Positions 1 through 10,837 are shown, counted from the stretch's first letter. The stretch: 64,000 nt of DNA from Gammaproteobacteria bacterium (GCA_022340305.1 JAJDOF010000124.1:6396-70395); one strand, 5' to 3'. Numbers and translations are program-made. Notes: generated by a model from the letters alone, not told the origin.

Positions 1-616
1 CATTGGTATTCTCGCGGTAGACCCGGCCGGCGCCGCCGGTGGCGAGAATGACCGCCTTTGCCTGGATAAACGTGAACCTGCCCGTCGCGACCTCGATAGC
101 GACCACGCCCTGGCAGCGGCCGTCCTCTACCACCAGATCGGTACAGAAGTATTCGTCGAAACGGCGGATCGAAGGGTACTTGATCGAGGTTTGAAACAGG
201 GTATGCAGCATGTGGAAACCGCTGCGATCGGCGGCGAACCAGGTACGTTCCACCTTCATGCCGCCGAAAGCCCGCACATTGACATGGCCGTCCGGTTTAC
301 GGCTCCAGGGGCAGCCCCAGTGCTCGAGCTGGGTCAGGCTGGCAGCGCAGTGGGCGACGAAATACTCAACCACGTCCTGGTCGCACAACCAGTCACCCCC
401 GGCGACCGTGTCGTGGAAATGGTAATCCAGGCTGTCGTCGTCGCGCACGACACCCGCAGCCCCCCCCTCGGCAGCCACCGTATGGCTGCGCATCGGGTAG
501 ACTTTCGAGATCAACGCCACGGAGAGCGACGGATCGGCCTCAACCGCCGCGATCGCTGCCCGCAACCCGGCACCTCCGGCACCCACGATCGCCACATCGG
601 CTTTGAATACTTCCAA
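1..616 (-). CDS. frdA: Fumarate reductase flavoprotein subunit, N-terminal part (runs off window edge)
   Basis: Manual minus-strand translation from TTG at 616: [24 protein letters not shown]...[13 protein letters not shown]...[43 protein letters not shown], closely resembling E. coli FrdA; SD-like AGGGGT upstream. Confidence 0.93.
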   Translation of the reverse strand, partial: MEVFKADVAIVGAGGAGLRAAIAAVEADPSLSVALISKVYPMRSHTVAAEGGAAGVVRDDDSLDYHFHDTVAGGDWLCDQDVVEYFVAHCAASLTQLEHWGCPWSRKPDGHVNVRAFGGMKVERTWFAADRSGFHMLHTLFQTSIKYPSIRRFDEYFCTDLVVEDGRCQGVVAIEVATGRFTFIQAKAVILATGGAGRVYRENTN

Positions 617-703
617 TTGGTCACCCCTGATGAGAGTTCGAGCCGCCAACCCGAATTTTTTTCGCATATAGCGATAACCATATCCACTGGCGTCCCAATT
701 AAC

Positions 704-717
704 ATGACGCGCATCAA
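704..717 (-). promoter_or_regulatory. FNR-like box upstream of frdA
   Basis: TTGAT-GCGC-GTCAT on minus strand, 8/10 match to TTGAT-N4-ATCAA, about 90 bp upstream of an anaerobic respiration gene. Confidence 0.5.
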
Positions 718-1252
718 CTGGGAGGGGAAAATTTGTAACCGCATGATACAAATCGGATCCTGCGCCGGGATCTTCGATCCGTGTGCTCGCTGGCAATAAG
801 GATCAGGAGAAATTCACCTCCTGTTCGGCTGCGATGTATGGGCCCGTAAGATAGCCAGGGATAAGAATAGGATAGATCGGTTGGGACTGGATCCTGCAAA
901 CCAGTTACCGGGTGCACGGTGCTCTGGAACATTGCGACTGGCAGTATTGCGGCTGTTTAGCATCCCAGTGCTCGGTGGCATGGATTGTTGCCAGGCTGGT
1001 CGATCGAAATTCGGCCGCATCGGCAATCCGCTACGTGGCACCCGTTGGCGAACAGGAAGCGGCTGTGATCCATGGTATGTCGATAGTGACGACATTTATT
1101 CAATAACCTTAAACTTCGGCGGTATGAATACTAAATTCATCCCGGACCGGGTGGTGTCAAAACTGTTTATCGAATTGAGTACTGTGCCCCGGGAATTGAG
1201 GCCAGCAGGTTCCAGGCCATCGGGCAGGGCGATAATAATTGCAGGCTGACGC

Positions 1253-2326
1253 CTATTCGGGCATTTGCTTGATGTAGAGATCGTGCTTGGAATAGGGGAT
1301 TTCGATCTTGTCTTCGATGAAACGCTTGTACACCTTGCAATTGAGGCTGTCGAGCACGCGTCCGCGTAATACCGGCTGGTCGATCCAGCACAGCAGTTCG
1401 AAATCGAGGCTGGACGCACCGAACTGGCGAAAGCGAACGCGTGGTTCGGGATCTGCGCAAACCTCTTCGTCATTGAGTGCGATGTCCATCAGAATCTCCC
1501 GGACTTTATCGATGTCCGAGCCGTAGGCCACCCCGACCGCTACGCGAATGCGAAACTTTTGATACGGGCCACCCGATTCATTGATGATCTTGGTGTTGCC
1601 CATCACCGAGTTGGGCACAGTCACTTCGACGTCGTCGCGCGTTTTCATGCGCGTACTGCGAATGCCGATGTGGGTGACTTCGCCTCTTTCGCCGCTGTCC
1701 AGCACCACGAAATCGCCAATCTTGTAAGGCGAATCGGCCATGATGAAAACGCCGGAAAACAGGTTCGCCAGCGTATCCTTGGCGGCGAAGCCGACGGCGA
1801 TACCGATGATGCCGGCCGACGCCAGCCACGCGGTCATGTCGATATTCCAGGCGGTGAAAATGACGTATACCGATATCACTACAATGAGGATCAGGGCGAT
1901 ATTCTGGAACAGCGGCAGTGTCTGGGGGTTGATTGCCGAAGGGCCGCGGTTACTGGCCGCAATGGCACCGAGCAGCGCGCGCGTGGTACGAATCAGAAAC
2001 AACGACCAGATGATATAGCCGATCGTCAGCAGAATCGAAAAGACGATGCCATCGAAGGGCTCGCCGAGTTGCAGCAGGTTGACCGCTAACGCCAGCCCGA
2101 CCAGCAGTAGCGTAAGGTATATCGGTCGGTGCAGGTGCTCGATCAGGTAATCGTCGAGGCTGAAGCGGGTACGAGCAGCCAGCTTGCTGAGTACACCACA
2201 AATGACGCGATCGAATATCAGCGCAACGACCAGCGAGCCGATCACGGCAACCAGCGCCTGCAGCCACGGGTTATTGCCGAAAAACCCGAGATAGGGGCCA
2301 AGCCAGGTCTGCAGATCGCCTAACAT
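1253..2326 (-). CDS. MscS-family mechanosensitive ion channel
   Basis: Several TM helices then [40 protein letters not shown] motifs. Confidence 0.93.
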   Translation of the reverse strand: MLGDLQTWLGPYLGFFGNNPWLQALVAVIGSLVVALIFDRVICGVLSKLAARTRFSLDDYLIEHLHRPIYLTLLLVGLALAVNLLQLGEPFDGIVFSILLTIGYIIWSLFLIRTTRALLGAIAASNRGPSAINPQTLPLFQNIALILIVVISVYVIFTAWNIDMTAWLASAGIIGIAVGFAAKDTLANLFSGVFIMADSPYKIGDFVVLDSGERGEVTHIGIRSTRMKTRDDVEVTVPNSVMGNTKIINESGGPYQKFRIRVAVGVAYGSDIDKVREILMDIALNDEEVCADPEPRVRFRQFGASSLDFELLCWIDQPVLRGRVLDSLNCKVYKRFIEDKIEIPYSKHDLYIKQMPE

Positions 2327-2333
2327 TGCAGAC

Positions 2334-3713
2334 CTAGCATTCGATAATGTTCACCGCGAGCCCTCCGCGCGCGGTTTCCTTGTACTTGGTTTTCATGTCG
2401 GCACCGGTTTCACGCATGGTCTTGATGACCTTGTCGAGTGACACGTAGTGCTGGCCGTCGCCGCGCATCGAGATTCGCGCCGCGTTGATGGCTTTTACTG
2501 CAGCCATCGCGTTGCGTTCGATACAGGGTACCTGCACCAGGCCGCCGACCGGATCGCAGGTCAACCCGAGATTATGCTCCATGCCAATTTCAGCGGCGTT
2601 TTCGACCTGCTCGGGCGTACCGCCGAGTACTTCGGCGAGAGCGCCGGCGGCCATCGAGCAGGCGCTACCTACTTCGCCCTGGCAACCGACCTCGGCGCCC
2701 GAGATCGAGGCGTTTTCCTTGTACAGGATACCGATGGCGCCGGCGGTCAGCAGGAAACGCACGATACCGTCTTCGTCGGCCGCCGGGTAGAAGTGATGAT
2801 AGTAATGCATGACCGCTGGAATGATGCCGGCAGCACCATTGGTGGGTGCGGTTACCACGCGCCCACCGGCGGCGTTTTCCTCGTTCACCGCGAGTGCCCA
2901 CAGGTTGACCCAGTCGAGGCACATTAACGGGTCCTTGTAGGTGAGACCGGGCTGACTGCGCATCTTGCGCGATAATTCTGCCGCACGGCGCTTCACTTTC
3001 ATGCCACCCGGCAATATACCCTCCTTTTGGCAGCCATTCTTGACGCAGTTGCGCATCGCCTTCCAGATCCCCAGCAAACCACTGCGAATCTCCGCTTCAC
3101 TGCGCCAGGCTTTTTCATTGGCCAGCATCACGTCACTGATTGATATATTGTGTTTTGTGCAGTGAATCAGCAGATCGACCGCGCTTCGAAACGGATACGC
3201 CTGAGGCGTGTCGTCCACGACAATTCGGTCGCTTCCCTGGGCGCCTTCGTTGACGATAAAACCGCCACCGACCGAGTAGAAGGTTGCCTTGCGAATTTCG
3301 CTCTCGCTGCTATCGAAGGCACGAAAAGTCATACCGTTGGAGTGAAACGGCAGGCTCTCGCGCCGATGCATGATCAGGTCTTTCTTTTCGTTGAAGGCGA
3401 TCGCATGTTCGCCAAGCAGTTGCAGCTGACGTGCACCACGAATCTTCTCGAGGCGGGCGTCGACGGTTTCGGTGTCAACCGATTCCGGCAGCTCGCCTTC
3501 AAGCCCGAGCATGACCGCCTTGTCGCTACCGTGGCCCTTGCCGGTGGCGCCGAGCGAACCGTACAAATCGGTTTTAACCCGGGTGACCCGCGATAACAGG
3601 CCTTCCTGCTGCAAGTTATCAGCGAATTGCTGCGCAGCGCGCATCGGCCCGACGGTATGCGAGCTCGATGGGCCGATGCCAATCGAAAACAGGTCAAATA
3701 CGCTGATAGCCAT
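2334..3713 (-). CDS. sdaA: L-serine dehydratase (Fe-S type)
   Basis: [62 protein letters not shown]. Confidence 0.97.
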   Translation of the reverse strand: MAISVFDLFSIGIGPSSSHTVGPMRAAQQFADNLQQEGLLSRVTRVKTDLYGSLGATGKGHGSDKAVMLGLEGELPESVDTETVDARLEKIRGARQLQLLGEHAIAFNEKKDLIMHRRESLPFHSNGMTFRAFDSSESEIRKATFYSVGGGFIVNEGAQGSDRIVVDDTPQAYPFRSAVDLLIHCTKHNISISDVMLANEKAWRSEAEIRSGLLGIWKAMRNCVKNGCQKEGILPGGMKVKRRAAELSRKMRSQPGLTYKDPLMCLDWVNLWALAVNEENAAGGRVVTAPTNGAAGIIPAVMHYYHHFYPAADEDGIVRFLLTAGAIGILYKENASISGAEVGCQGEVGSACSMAAGALAEVLGGTPEQVENAAEIGMEHNLGLTCDPVGGLVQVPCIERNAMAAVKAINAARISMRGDGQHYVSLDKVIKTMRETGADMKTKYKETARGGLAVNIIEC

Positions 3714-3803
3714 CGCGTTGCTTATCCAAGCGGTGAGAAGTGGCGCAGCATAGTATATTTAGACTGCCACCATGCAGCGTCAATGCGCCCTGTTTGTGCC
3801 TGC

Positions 3804-6689
3804 TTACGCATCTTCTTCGGCATAGGACGCAAGCGGTGGGCAGGAGCAGATCAGGTGCGTATCGCCGTACACATTGTCGACCCGACCCACTGGCGACCAG
3901 TACTTGTAATTGCGCAACGATGCGATTGGATAAGCGGCCTGTTCGCGACTATAACCGTGGCTCCATTCATCAGCACACACCATGTCGACGGTGTGGGGCG
4001 CATGTTTCAGCGGATTGTCAGCCTTGTCCATACGGCCTTCCTCGATTTCGCGAATTTCCCCGCGAATCGCAATCATCGCCTCGCAAAAGCGGTCGAGTTC
4101 TTCCCTGGATTCCGACTCGGTCGGTTCGATCATCAGCGTACCGGGAACCGGGAAGGACATGGTCGGTGCGTGAAAGCCGTAATCGATCAGGCGCTTGGCG
4201 ATATCGTCAACGGTGACGCCGCTGCTGTCCTTGACCACGCGCGTATCGATGATGCACTCGTGCGCCACGAGACCGTTGGGCCCGGTATACAGGATCGGGA
4301 AATGTTCGTTGAGTCGCTTGGCAATATAGTTCGCGTTCAAAATCGCCGTCGCGGTTGCCTTGGGGAGCCCGTGACGTCCGAGCAGTGAAATATAGGCCCA
4401 GCTGATTGGCAGTACGCCGGCGCTGCCGAAGGGTGCCGCAGCGACCTTGTTGATGCCGCCGTTGCGATTCTGGCGAGTCGACGGCAGAAAAGGCTTGAGA
4501 TGCGCCTTGACGCCGATCGGGCCAACGCCTGGACCACCACCGCCGTGGGGAATGGCGAAGGTCTTGTGCAGGTTCAGATGCGAGACATCGCCACCGAACT
4601 TGCCCGGAGCACAAACACCAACCATTGCGTTCATATTGGCGCCATCAATGTAGACCTGGCCGCCATGCTGGTGAACCAGTTCGCAGACTTCGGTGACATC
4701 GTCTTCGAATACGCCGTGCGTGGAGGGGTAGGTAATCATGATGGCGGCGAGATTATCGCTGTGCAGCTCACACTTGGCCTTCAGGTCTACCATATCGATA
4801 TTGCCGGTCCTGGCGGTACCGACAACCACCACTTTCATACCTGCCATCTGTGCCGAGGCCGGGTTGGTGCCATGCGCCGAAGCCGGGATGACACAGATGT
4901 TGCGGTGTCCCTCATCGCGGCTTTGATGGTAGGACTTGATGGCGAGCAAACCCGCGTACTCGCCCTGGGCGCCTGAATTGGGCTGCAACGAAATGGCGTC
5001 GTAGCCGGTGCAGGCGCACAGCATTTGTTCGAGCTCGGTGATCAGTTGCTGATAGCCCTGGGCCTGATCCAGTGGCACGAAGGGATGTATGCGCCCGAAG
5101 CCCGGCCAGGTGACCGGAATCAACTGGGTCGCGGAGTTCAGTTTCATGGTGCAGGAACCGAGCGGGATCATGGTGCGGTCGAGTGCCAGGTCCTTGTCAG
5201 CCAGTTTACGCATGTAGCGCATCAAGTCGGTTTCTGAATGGTGGCTGTTGAATACCGGGTGAGTCAGGAATTCGCTTTCACGCACCAGCGTCGGTGGCAG
5301 GCTGCTGGTGGCCTTTGCGTCCAGCTCGGTGATGGATACTTCGTCGCCGTGGTCGTGGGTAAAGACGTTGAACAGTGTTCTGACATTGGCCTGGGTAGCG
5401 ATTTCGTCGAGCGAGATACCGACGGTATCGTCATCTACCTGGCGCAGGTTGATTTTTTCGGCGCGCGCCGCGGCGAGAATGAACTCGGTGGCGTTGCCGG
5501 TCTTCACGGTGATGGTGTCGAAGAAGTGCCGCGTTTGCACATCAAGACCGAGATCGCGCAGACCTTCGGCGAGTACCACGGTTAGCCGATTGATGCGCTG
5601 TGCAATGCGGCGCAGTTCGCCGGGCCCATGATAAACCGCATACATGCCGGCCATGATGGCAAGCAGTGCCTGCGCGGTGCAGATATTGCTGGTCGCCTTC
5701 TCGCGGCGAATGTGTTGCTCGCGAGTCTGCAGGGCCAGGCGCAATGCCGGTTGTTTGCGGGAATCTTGCGATACACCGATCAAACGGCCTGGCAAGGAGC
5801 GTTTGTAGGCCTCGCGCGTGGCCATGAAGGCCGCATGCGGCCCACCGTAACCGAGCGGTACGCCAAAACGCTGCGAGGTGCCAACGACGATGTCGGCATC
5901 GAATTCACCCGGTGGCTTGAGCAGTGTCAGGCTGAGCAGATCGGTAGCGACGGCCACCAGGGCCTGCTTTTCGTGGATCTTTGCAACCAGCTCGGCATAG
6001 TCCTGAATCTCGCCGGTAGAACAGGGGTACTGTAACAGTACGCCACACAGTTCCGGATTTCCGGGGGCGTCGAAGGGATCGCCGATGACGCATTTGATTC
6101 CCAGGTGCCGGGCACGATTAGTAATTACCTCTATGGTTTGCGGATGACAATTTTCAGCGATGTAGAAGACATCGGACTTGCTCTTCGCGAGGCGATGACA
6201 CATGGCCATGGCCTCGGCTGCGGCGGTTGCCTCGTCGAGCATCGAGGCGTTGGCCATATCCATGCCGGTCAGGTCGCTGATCATGGTCTGGAAATTGAGC
6301 AATGCCTCGAGGCGGCCCTGTGAAATTTCCGGCTGGTAGGGTGTATAGGCCGTATACCAGGCCGGATTGCGCAGCAGGTTGCGCTCGATTACCGTTGGCG
6401 TATGGGTATTGTGGTAACCCAGGCCGATAAATGATTTGAACAATTGATTGCGAGTCGAAATCTGGTAGAGGCGGTTCAATACCTGGCGTTCCGACAGACT
6501 GGCTTTGACCTCGAGTTCCTTGCGCCGCCGAATCGATTCCGGCACGACCTTGTCGAGCAGTTCGTCGATGCTCTGCATGCCCAGTTCAGCGAGCATCGCC
6601 GCTTCATCTTCGTCACCGGGACCGATGTGGCGACGAATGAATCCGTGGAAGATATCGAGATCCTGCAGCTTGAGGTCAAGATTTGGCAT
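3804..6689 (-). CDS. gcvP: Glycine dehydrogenase (decarboxylating), single-chain P protein
   Basis: 961 aa; [38 protein letters not shown] lysine motif. Confidence 0.98.
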   Translation of the reverse strand: MPNLDLKLQDLDIFHGFIRRHIGPGDEDEAAMLAELGMQSIDELLDKVVPESIRRRKELEVKASLSERQVLNRLYQISTRNQLFKSFIGLGYHNTHTPTVIERNLLRNPAWYTAYTPYQPEISQGRLEALLNFQTMISDLTGMDMANASMLDEATAAAEAMAMCHRLAKSKSDVFYIAENCHPQTIEVITNRARHLGIKCVIGDPFDAPGNPELCGVLLQYPCSTGEIQDYAELVAKIHEKQALVAVATDLLSLTLLKPPGEFDADIVVGTSQRFGVPLGYGGPHAAFMATREAYKRSLPGRLIGVSQDSRKQPALRLALQTREQHIRREKATSNICTAQALLAIMAGMYAVYHGPGELRRIAQRINRLTVVLAEGLRDLGLDVQTRHFFDTITVKTGNATEFILAAARAEKINLRQVDDDTVGISLDEIATQANVRTLFNVFTHDHGDEVSITELDAKATSSLPPTLVRESEFLTHPVFNSHHSETDLMRYMRKLADKDLALDRTMIPLGSCTMKLNSATQLIPVTWPGFGRIHPFVPLDQAQGYQQLITELEQMLCACTGYDAISLQPNSGAQGEYAGLLAIKSYHQSRDEGHRNICVIPASAHGTNPASAQMAGMKVVVVGTARTGNIDMVDLKAKCELHSDNLAAIMITYPSTHGVFEDDVTEVCELVHQHGGQVYIDGANMNAMVGVCAPGKFGGDVSHLNLHKTFAIPHGGGGPGVGPIGVKAHLKPFLPSTRQNRNGGINKVAAAPFGSAGVLPISWAYISLLGRHGLPKATATAILNANYIAKRLNEHFPILYTGPNGLVAHECIIDTRVVKDSSGVTVDDIAKRLIDYGFHAPTMSFPVPGTLMIEPTESESREELDRFCEAMIAIRGEIREIEEGRMDKADNPLKHAPHTVDMVCADEWSHGYSREQAAYPIASLRNYKYWSPVGRVDNVYGDTHLICSCPPLASYAEEDA

Positions 6690-6872
6690 GGCAATGTCCT
6701 GGGTCGGGGATGATGGTTAGCCCGCTGGCCCAGCAGGATTCTCCAGCTGTGTCGCGTGCCTGTTTTGCGGGATATGTTACCACTATTAATCCTGCGACAA
6801 TATATGCCCTGGCACAGAAGTCCTGGCTATAGCGGTTATTGCCATCAGGGGTGAATAAGCGCCAGGCCCGGG

Positions 6873-7658
6873 TCAGAAATCGCCCAGGCGAGTTACCAGT
6901 TGGTCGCTGATCCATTGCTTGAGTAAGCCGGCCGCCGTCAGCGCCACCTGTTCGGCATCAATCCATTCGAGCAGGCCTTGGCAGATGTCGGCGAAATTCG
7001 CGCCGTTAACCGCTTGCTGCAACGCCCAGGCTTCATGCACCTCGAGCGAACGCCAGTAAGTCTTGAAGTCACGGCGCCACAACAACCAGCGTAACGGGAA
7101 CTCGCTGCGATGCTTGTCAGGCACGGACTCGCCGCTATCCAGTGCGTGCTCGATCTGCGGCACATTCCAGTAGAGATCGAGCCATTGCATCGCCGGTTTG
7201 AACGCGAAAGTCAAGGCTGGCCATGTTTCCGCACCGATCTGTGCCATGTCTTCGAGTTGCACCAGCGTCGGGCTGTCGGCTGCATCGAAGACGATGGTCT
7301 GAAGCCATTCATATTGCGCCAGTTCGTGCACGAATTCGGCATCCCCGGCATGGTTGAATCGTGCCAGGTATTCTGGTAGATGCTGACCGAACCAGCGCAC
7401 CGAGGGCCGCGTGGAAGGGTGATGCAGCAGGTAATCGAGCGTCAGGTTTTCGAAGGATTCACGCCCCAGGTAGTGCTCCAGTGCGGAAAAATCCACCGCA
7501 AGAGAATCGATCAGGCGAATTCGATAGGCGTTGTAATAAGTGCCGAGGCGGTGCTCCGCGAGTGCATTTTCGGTGCTGACAATGTCTTCCTCGATCGCTC
7601 GCGAGCCATCGATAAGGTAGTCCTGGAAGCGTAGTTGCAGATCACGTAAATGCGACAT
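6873..7658 (-). CDS. bufC: DUF2063 (BufC/HvfC-like) partner protein of MNIO enzyme
   Basis: LQLRFQDYL...RLGTYYNAYRIRLIDSLAVDF pattern; directly downstream of DUF692 gene. Confidence 0.85.
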   Translation of the reverse strand: MSHLRDLQLRFQDYLIDGSRAIEEDIVSTENALAEHRLGTYYNAYRIRLIDSLAVDFSALEHYLGRESFENLTLDYLLHHPSTRPSVRWFGQHLPEYLARFNHAGDAEFVHELAQYEWLQTIVFDAADSPTLVQLEDMAQIGAETWPALTFAFKPAMQWLDLYWNVPQIEHALDSGESVPDKHRSEFPLRWLLWRRDFKTYWRSLEVHEAWALQQAVNGANFADICQGLLEWIDAEQVALTAAGLLKQWISDQLVTRLGDF

Positions 7659-7660
7659 GA

Positions 7661-8494
7661 TCAGGACTGGTAGTAGGGTGCGGCGATACGTCGCGCCTGC
7701 TCGAGCTCAGCCAGCACCTGGTCGAGTTCGGGGATATTGCCGTCGCGCTCGATCATCGTCGACACCGGACCGAAACGTTTGGCGGTTTCTGCGTAAAGCT
7801 GCCAGACCGGATCGATCACGTCGTGATCGTGAGTGTCGATGATCAGGTTGCCGTCATTGGTATGTCCGGCGAGGTGATGCTGCCACACCCGCTCTGCGGG
7901 AACGCCATCGAGATAGTCGAGGGGATCGTAATGATGATTGAAGCTGCTGACATAAATATTGTTGACGTCGAGGAGCAGGTAACAATCGGCGCGCTCGGCA
8001 ATGGCGCTGAGAAATTCCCATTCGGGCATCGCATCTTCGCAGTAGGTGATATAGCTCGAGAGATTCTCGATCAGCATTTGCCGGCCGATAAAATCCTGCA
8101 CCCGAGAAATTCGATCAGCGACGTGCACGATCGCCTCATCGGTATAGGGCAGGGGGAGAAGATCGTGCATGTTCTTGTGGTCCACCCCGGTCCAGCACAG
8201 GTGATCGGAAAACCAGCGGGGTTCTATCCGCTGGATTAGAGCCTTGAGTTGGCCGAGGTAGTTGAAATCGAGCTCGTCGGTGCTGCCCAGTGACATGGAG
8301 ACGCCGTGCATTACCATCGGGTAGTCCTGGCGGATGGCGTCCAGGAAGTACAGCGGCTTGCCGCCCTCGATCAGGTAATTTTCGCTGAGAATTTCGAACC
8401 AGTCGATATTCTGCGGTTTGCGCTCGAGGATGTCCTGGTAGTGTTCTGCACGCAATCCCAGGCCAAATCCGAGAAATGGTTTAGCTTGCGTCAT
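7661..8494 (-). CDS. bufB: DUF692 multinuclear non-heme iron-dependent oxidative enzyme (MNIO, BufB/MbnB family)
   Basis: GFGLGLRAEH, WFEILSENY, HGVSMSLG, SDHLCW, IENLSSY, LLDVNNIY, HLAGH, IDTHD, IERD motifs. Confidence 0.95.
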   Translation of the reverse strand: MTQAKPFLGFGLGLRAEHYQDILERKPQNIDWFEILSENYLIEGGKPLYFLDAIRQDYPMVMHGVSMSLGSTDELDFNYLGQLKALIQRIEPRWFSDHLCWTGVDHKNMHDLLPLPYTDEAIVHVADRISRVQDFIGRQMLIENLSSYITYCEDAMPEWEFLSAIAERADCYLLLDVNNIYVSSFNHHYDPLDYLDGVPAERVWQHHLAGHTNDGNLIIDTHDHDVIDPVWQLYAETAKRFGPVSTMIERDGNIPELDQVLAELEQARRIAAPYYQS

Positions 8495-8539
8495 CGGGGC
8501 TCGTCAGCTGTATATCAGGGTGGATTGTAACGATCGGGC

Positions 8540-8573
8540 AAAAAAAATGCACCGACCCGGTCGGTGCATTTTT
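8540..8573 (-). terminator. Intrinsic terminator between precursor and DUF692 genes
   Basis: Perfect 14-bp inverted repeat AAAAATGCACCGAC-ccg-GTCGGTGCATTTTT; 8 U follow the GC core on the minus strand, 20 nt after the precursor stop. Confidence 0.85.
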
Positions 8574-8592
8574 CTAACTTAATGGTTACAAC

Positions 8593-8844
8593 TCAGGCTT
8601 CGAATTTACCACCGGCGCCTTCACACTCACTCTTGGTGCGCTTGACCCAACCTTGACCGGCACAGGAATTCTGACCGGCGCAGCTGGTGGTAGCGGTGGC
8701 GCAGGCGCTGGTGCCTTTGCAGGAATTCACGTTGAAGCATTTGCCGGCTTTTTCAGCCGCGTTAGCACTCATCGGTGCAACGGCGAACATGGCAGCTGCG
8801 GCGGCAGCGAGGGCGATCCCGGTAGTCTTCTTGGCTGTAATCAT
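8593..8844 (-). CDS. bufA: Exported six-Cys RiPP precursor, bufferin BufA2-like
   Basis: 83 aa; Sec signal (predicted ANA|AE cleavage); Cys36/42/48/55/61/74 with NSCKG and NSCAGQG motifs; SD GAGGA; adjacent to DUF692-DUF2063. Confidence 0.88.
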   Translation of the reverse strand: MITAKKTTGIALAAAAAAMFAVAPMSANAAEKAGKCFNVNSCKGTSACATATTSCAGQNSCAGQGWVKRTKSECEGAGGKFEA

Positions 8845-8904
8845 TGGTAATTCCTCAAGTTAATTAAGTGGTTGGCTCGCACGGATTTTTTCCGTTACGC
8901 CAGC

Positions 8905-8932
8905 TTAGAGGCCGCGTTTTTGCAGAAAGTTC
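8905..8932 (-). promoter_or_regulatory. Putative sigmaE/AlgU-type ECF promoter for the precursor gene
   Basis: GAACTT-N17-TCTAA on minus strand. Confidence 0.6.
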
Positions 8933-8998
8933 ACCAAAAACGGGCCAAATCGAAGAATTTATAAAAATGTTAGATTTGCGGGTTTTTGCTGTGGAGCA

Positions 8999-9511
8999 CT
9001 ATTGATAATGTCGAATGAGCAAATTATTGCCGCGTTGTACCAGTTCGAAATGCTTGAGTACGTTCATGCCGAGCAGAACCTCGTCGACAGCCATGCCCTG
9101 GACGATACTGGCTTTGACGTCGTGGAGCTCGATGTCACCCAGTGCGAGATGCTCGAGACGCGTGAGGTACGCGGTGGTAACGCCATTGGCAGTCGATACC
9201 GAGGTAGCCGGACCTGCCTGTAACCCCAGGCTTTGCTGCAGATGGGCTGGAATCGAAGTCATGGTAGCGCCGGTATCGACCAGGAAAGTAACCTTTTGGT
9301 GGTTGATTTCACCGTCAAACACGTAGTGGCCATTGCGGCTTCGCTGCAATACGATTTCCTGGGTGCCTGCCCCCTGCACGGTGGCGATCGACTGATTGGG
9401 GTTGTATTGCTGATCGAGGATGTTGCCGAATACCAACACCAGCAATAAAAAGCCCAATATCCAGCCCGCTGCAGTGAACATCATGCCGAGTTTTTTAGTA
9501 GAATGGGTCAT
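8999..9511 (-). CDS. Clan AA (retropepsin-like) aspartic protease, TIGR02281 type
   Basis: N-terminal [19 protein letters not shown] catalytic motif, LLGMNVL. Confidence 0.93.
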   Translation of the reverse strand: MTHSTKKLGMMFTAAGWILGFLLLVLVFGNILDQQYNPNQSIATVQGAGTQEIVLQRSRNGHYVFDGEINHQKVTFLVDTGATMTSIPAHLQQSLGLQAGPATSVSTANGVTTAYLTRLEHLALGDIELHDVKASIVQGMAVDEVLLGMNVLKHFELVQRGNNLLIRHYQ

Positions 9512-9561
9512 TGCAACCTAATTGGGTGCAAATTCGATTCATTTCAATGCAGGGCGGGCTC

Positions 9562-10662
9562 ATGTCGGGAAACAGTTTCGGCAAATCATTCGTAGTGACT
9601 TCATTCGGCGAAAGCCACGGTAGTGCGATCGGCTGTATCGTCGATGGCTGCCCGCCAGGGCTTGAGCTCGATGAGGACGATTTGCAACAAGACCTGGATC
9701 GTCGCAAGCCGGGCACTTCGCGCCACACCACGCAACGGCGTGAAGACGACGCTGTGCAAATCATGTCGGGCACGTTCGAAGGTAAAACCACCGGCACGCC
9801 GATATGCCTGCTGATCCATAATAAAGATCAGCGCTCAAAAGATTACAGCGACATCAAGGACCTGTTTCGCCCGGGTCATGCCGATTACAGTTATCACCAG
9901 AAATACGGATTCCGCGACTACCGCGGTGGCGGTCGTTCATCGGCGCGCGAAACCGCGATGCGGGTCGCCGCAGGCGGTATCGCCAAGAAATACCTGGCGA
10001 ATCATTGCGGGATTCAGGTGCGTGGTTACCTGTCGCAACTGGGTCCGCTGAAACCGCTCAATTTTGACTGGGACGAGGTCAATAACAATCCCTTCTTTTG
10101 TCCCGATGCCGCGATGGTGCCGGAATTGGAGAAATACATGGACAGGTTGCGTAAGGAGGGGGAATCGATTGGCGCGCGAATTTCGGTGGTAGCAAGCGGT
10201 GTGCCGCCCGGGCTTGGGGAGCCGATTTTCGACCGTATCGACGCCGACATCGCGCATGCGATGATGAGCATCAACGCGGTCAAAGGTGTTGAGATTGGTG
10301 CGGGTTTTGGCAGTATCGAACTCAAGGGTACGCAGAATCGCGACGAAATTACCCCCGATGGATTTCTGTCGAACCACGCGGGCGGCACCCTGGGTGGGAT
10401 TACCTCGGGCCAGGATGTACTGGTCAGCATTGCGCTCAAGCCGACCTCGAGCATTCACCTGCCCGGTCGCAGCGTTGATATCAACGGCAAGGCAGTGGAG
10501 ATTCGCACCAAGGGTCGGCACGACCCCTGTGTCGGCATACGCGCCACACCGATTGCCGAGGCCATGCTCGCAATCGTACTGATGGATCATTTTCTGCGTA
10601 ACCGTGCGCAAAACGCCGATGTGGTGCGCAATACGCCGATCATACCTGCAAGCCCGGGTTGA
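9562..10662 (+). CDS. aroC: Chorismate synthase
   Basis: MSGNSFG...[30 protein letters not shown]; start moved to ATG 9562. Confidence 0.98.
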   Translation: MSGNSFGKSFVVTSFGESHGSAIGCIVDGCPPGLELDEDDLQQDLDRRKPGTSRHTTQRREDDAVQIMSGTFEGKTTGTPICLLIHNKDQRSKDYSDIKDLFRPGHADYSYHQKYGFRDYRGGGRSSARETAMRVAAGGIAKKYLANHCGIQVRGYLSQLGPLKPLNFDWDEVNNNPFFCPDAAMVPELEKYMDRLRKEGESIGARISVVASGVPPGLGEPIFDRIDADIAHAMMSINAVKGVEIGAGFGSIELKGTQNRDEITPDGFLSNHAGGTLGGITSGQDVLVSIALKPTSSIHLPGRSVDINGKAVEIRTKGRHDPCVGIRATPIAEAMLAIVLMDHFLRNRAQNADVVRNTPIIPASPG

Positions 10663-10709
10663 ACTCACCTGCCCGTGCCCTTACCTCTTGCATCTGTGCC
10701 CCTGTTTAG

Positions 10710-10832
10710 CGTCAATCCCGCGCAAGCGGGATTCTGGATCCGATTTTCTTTTTCCTGTCGGGGCCTTCGCGAGATTCCCGCTTGCGCGGGAATGACTTTA
10801 AAATAGGGCGCGGGAATGACACCGGAATGACG
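10710..10832. repeat. Cluster of CGTC-type palindromic (REP-like) repeats
   Basis: CGTCAATCCCGCGCAAGCGGGATTC (10710-10734), inverted copy ATTCCCGCTTGCGCGGGAATGAC (10774-10796), truncated copies 10809-10820 and 10823-10832, between convergent aroC and yjgA. Confidence 0.8.
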
Positions 10833-10837
10833 CTGGT

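Noticed and set aside
814-1249. Short ORFs in the frdA-mscS gap (881..1249 +, 912..1106 +, 814..1095 -)
   Set aside because: No recognisable motif, RBS or typical composition. About 400 bp remains unexplained but I cannot support a gene.
6690-6872. Glycine riboswitch upstream of gcvP
   Set aside because: CTGGAGA and CAGGAC are present, but the CCGAAG core and aptamer stems are missing.
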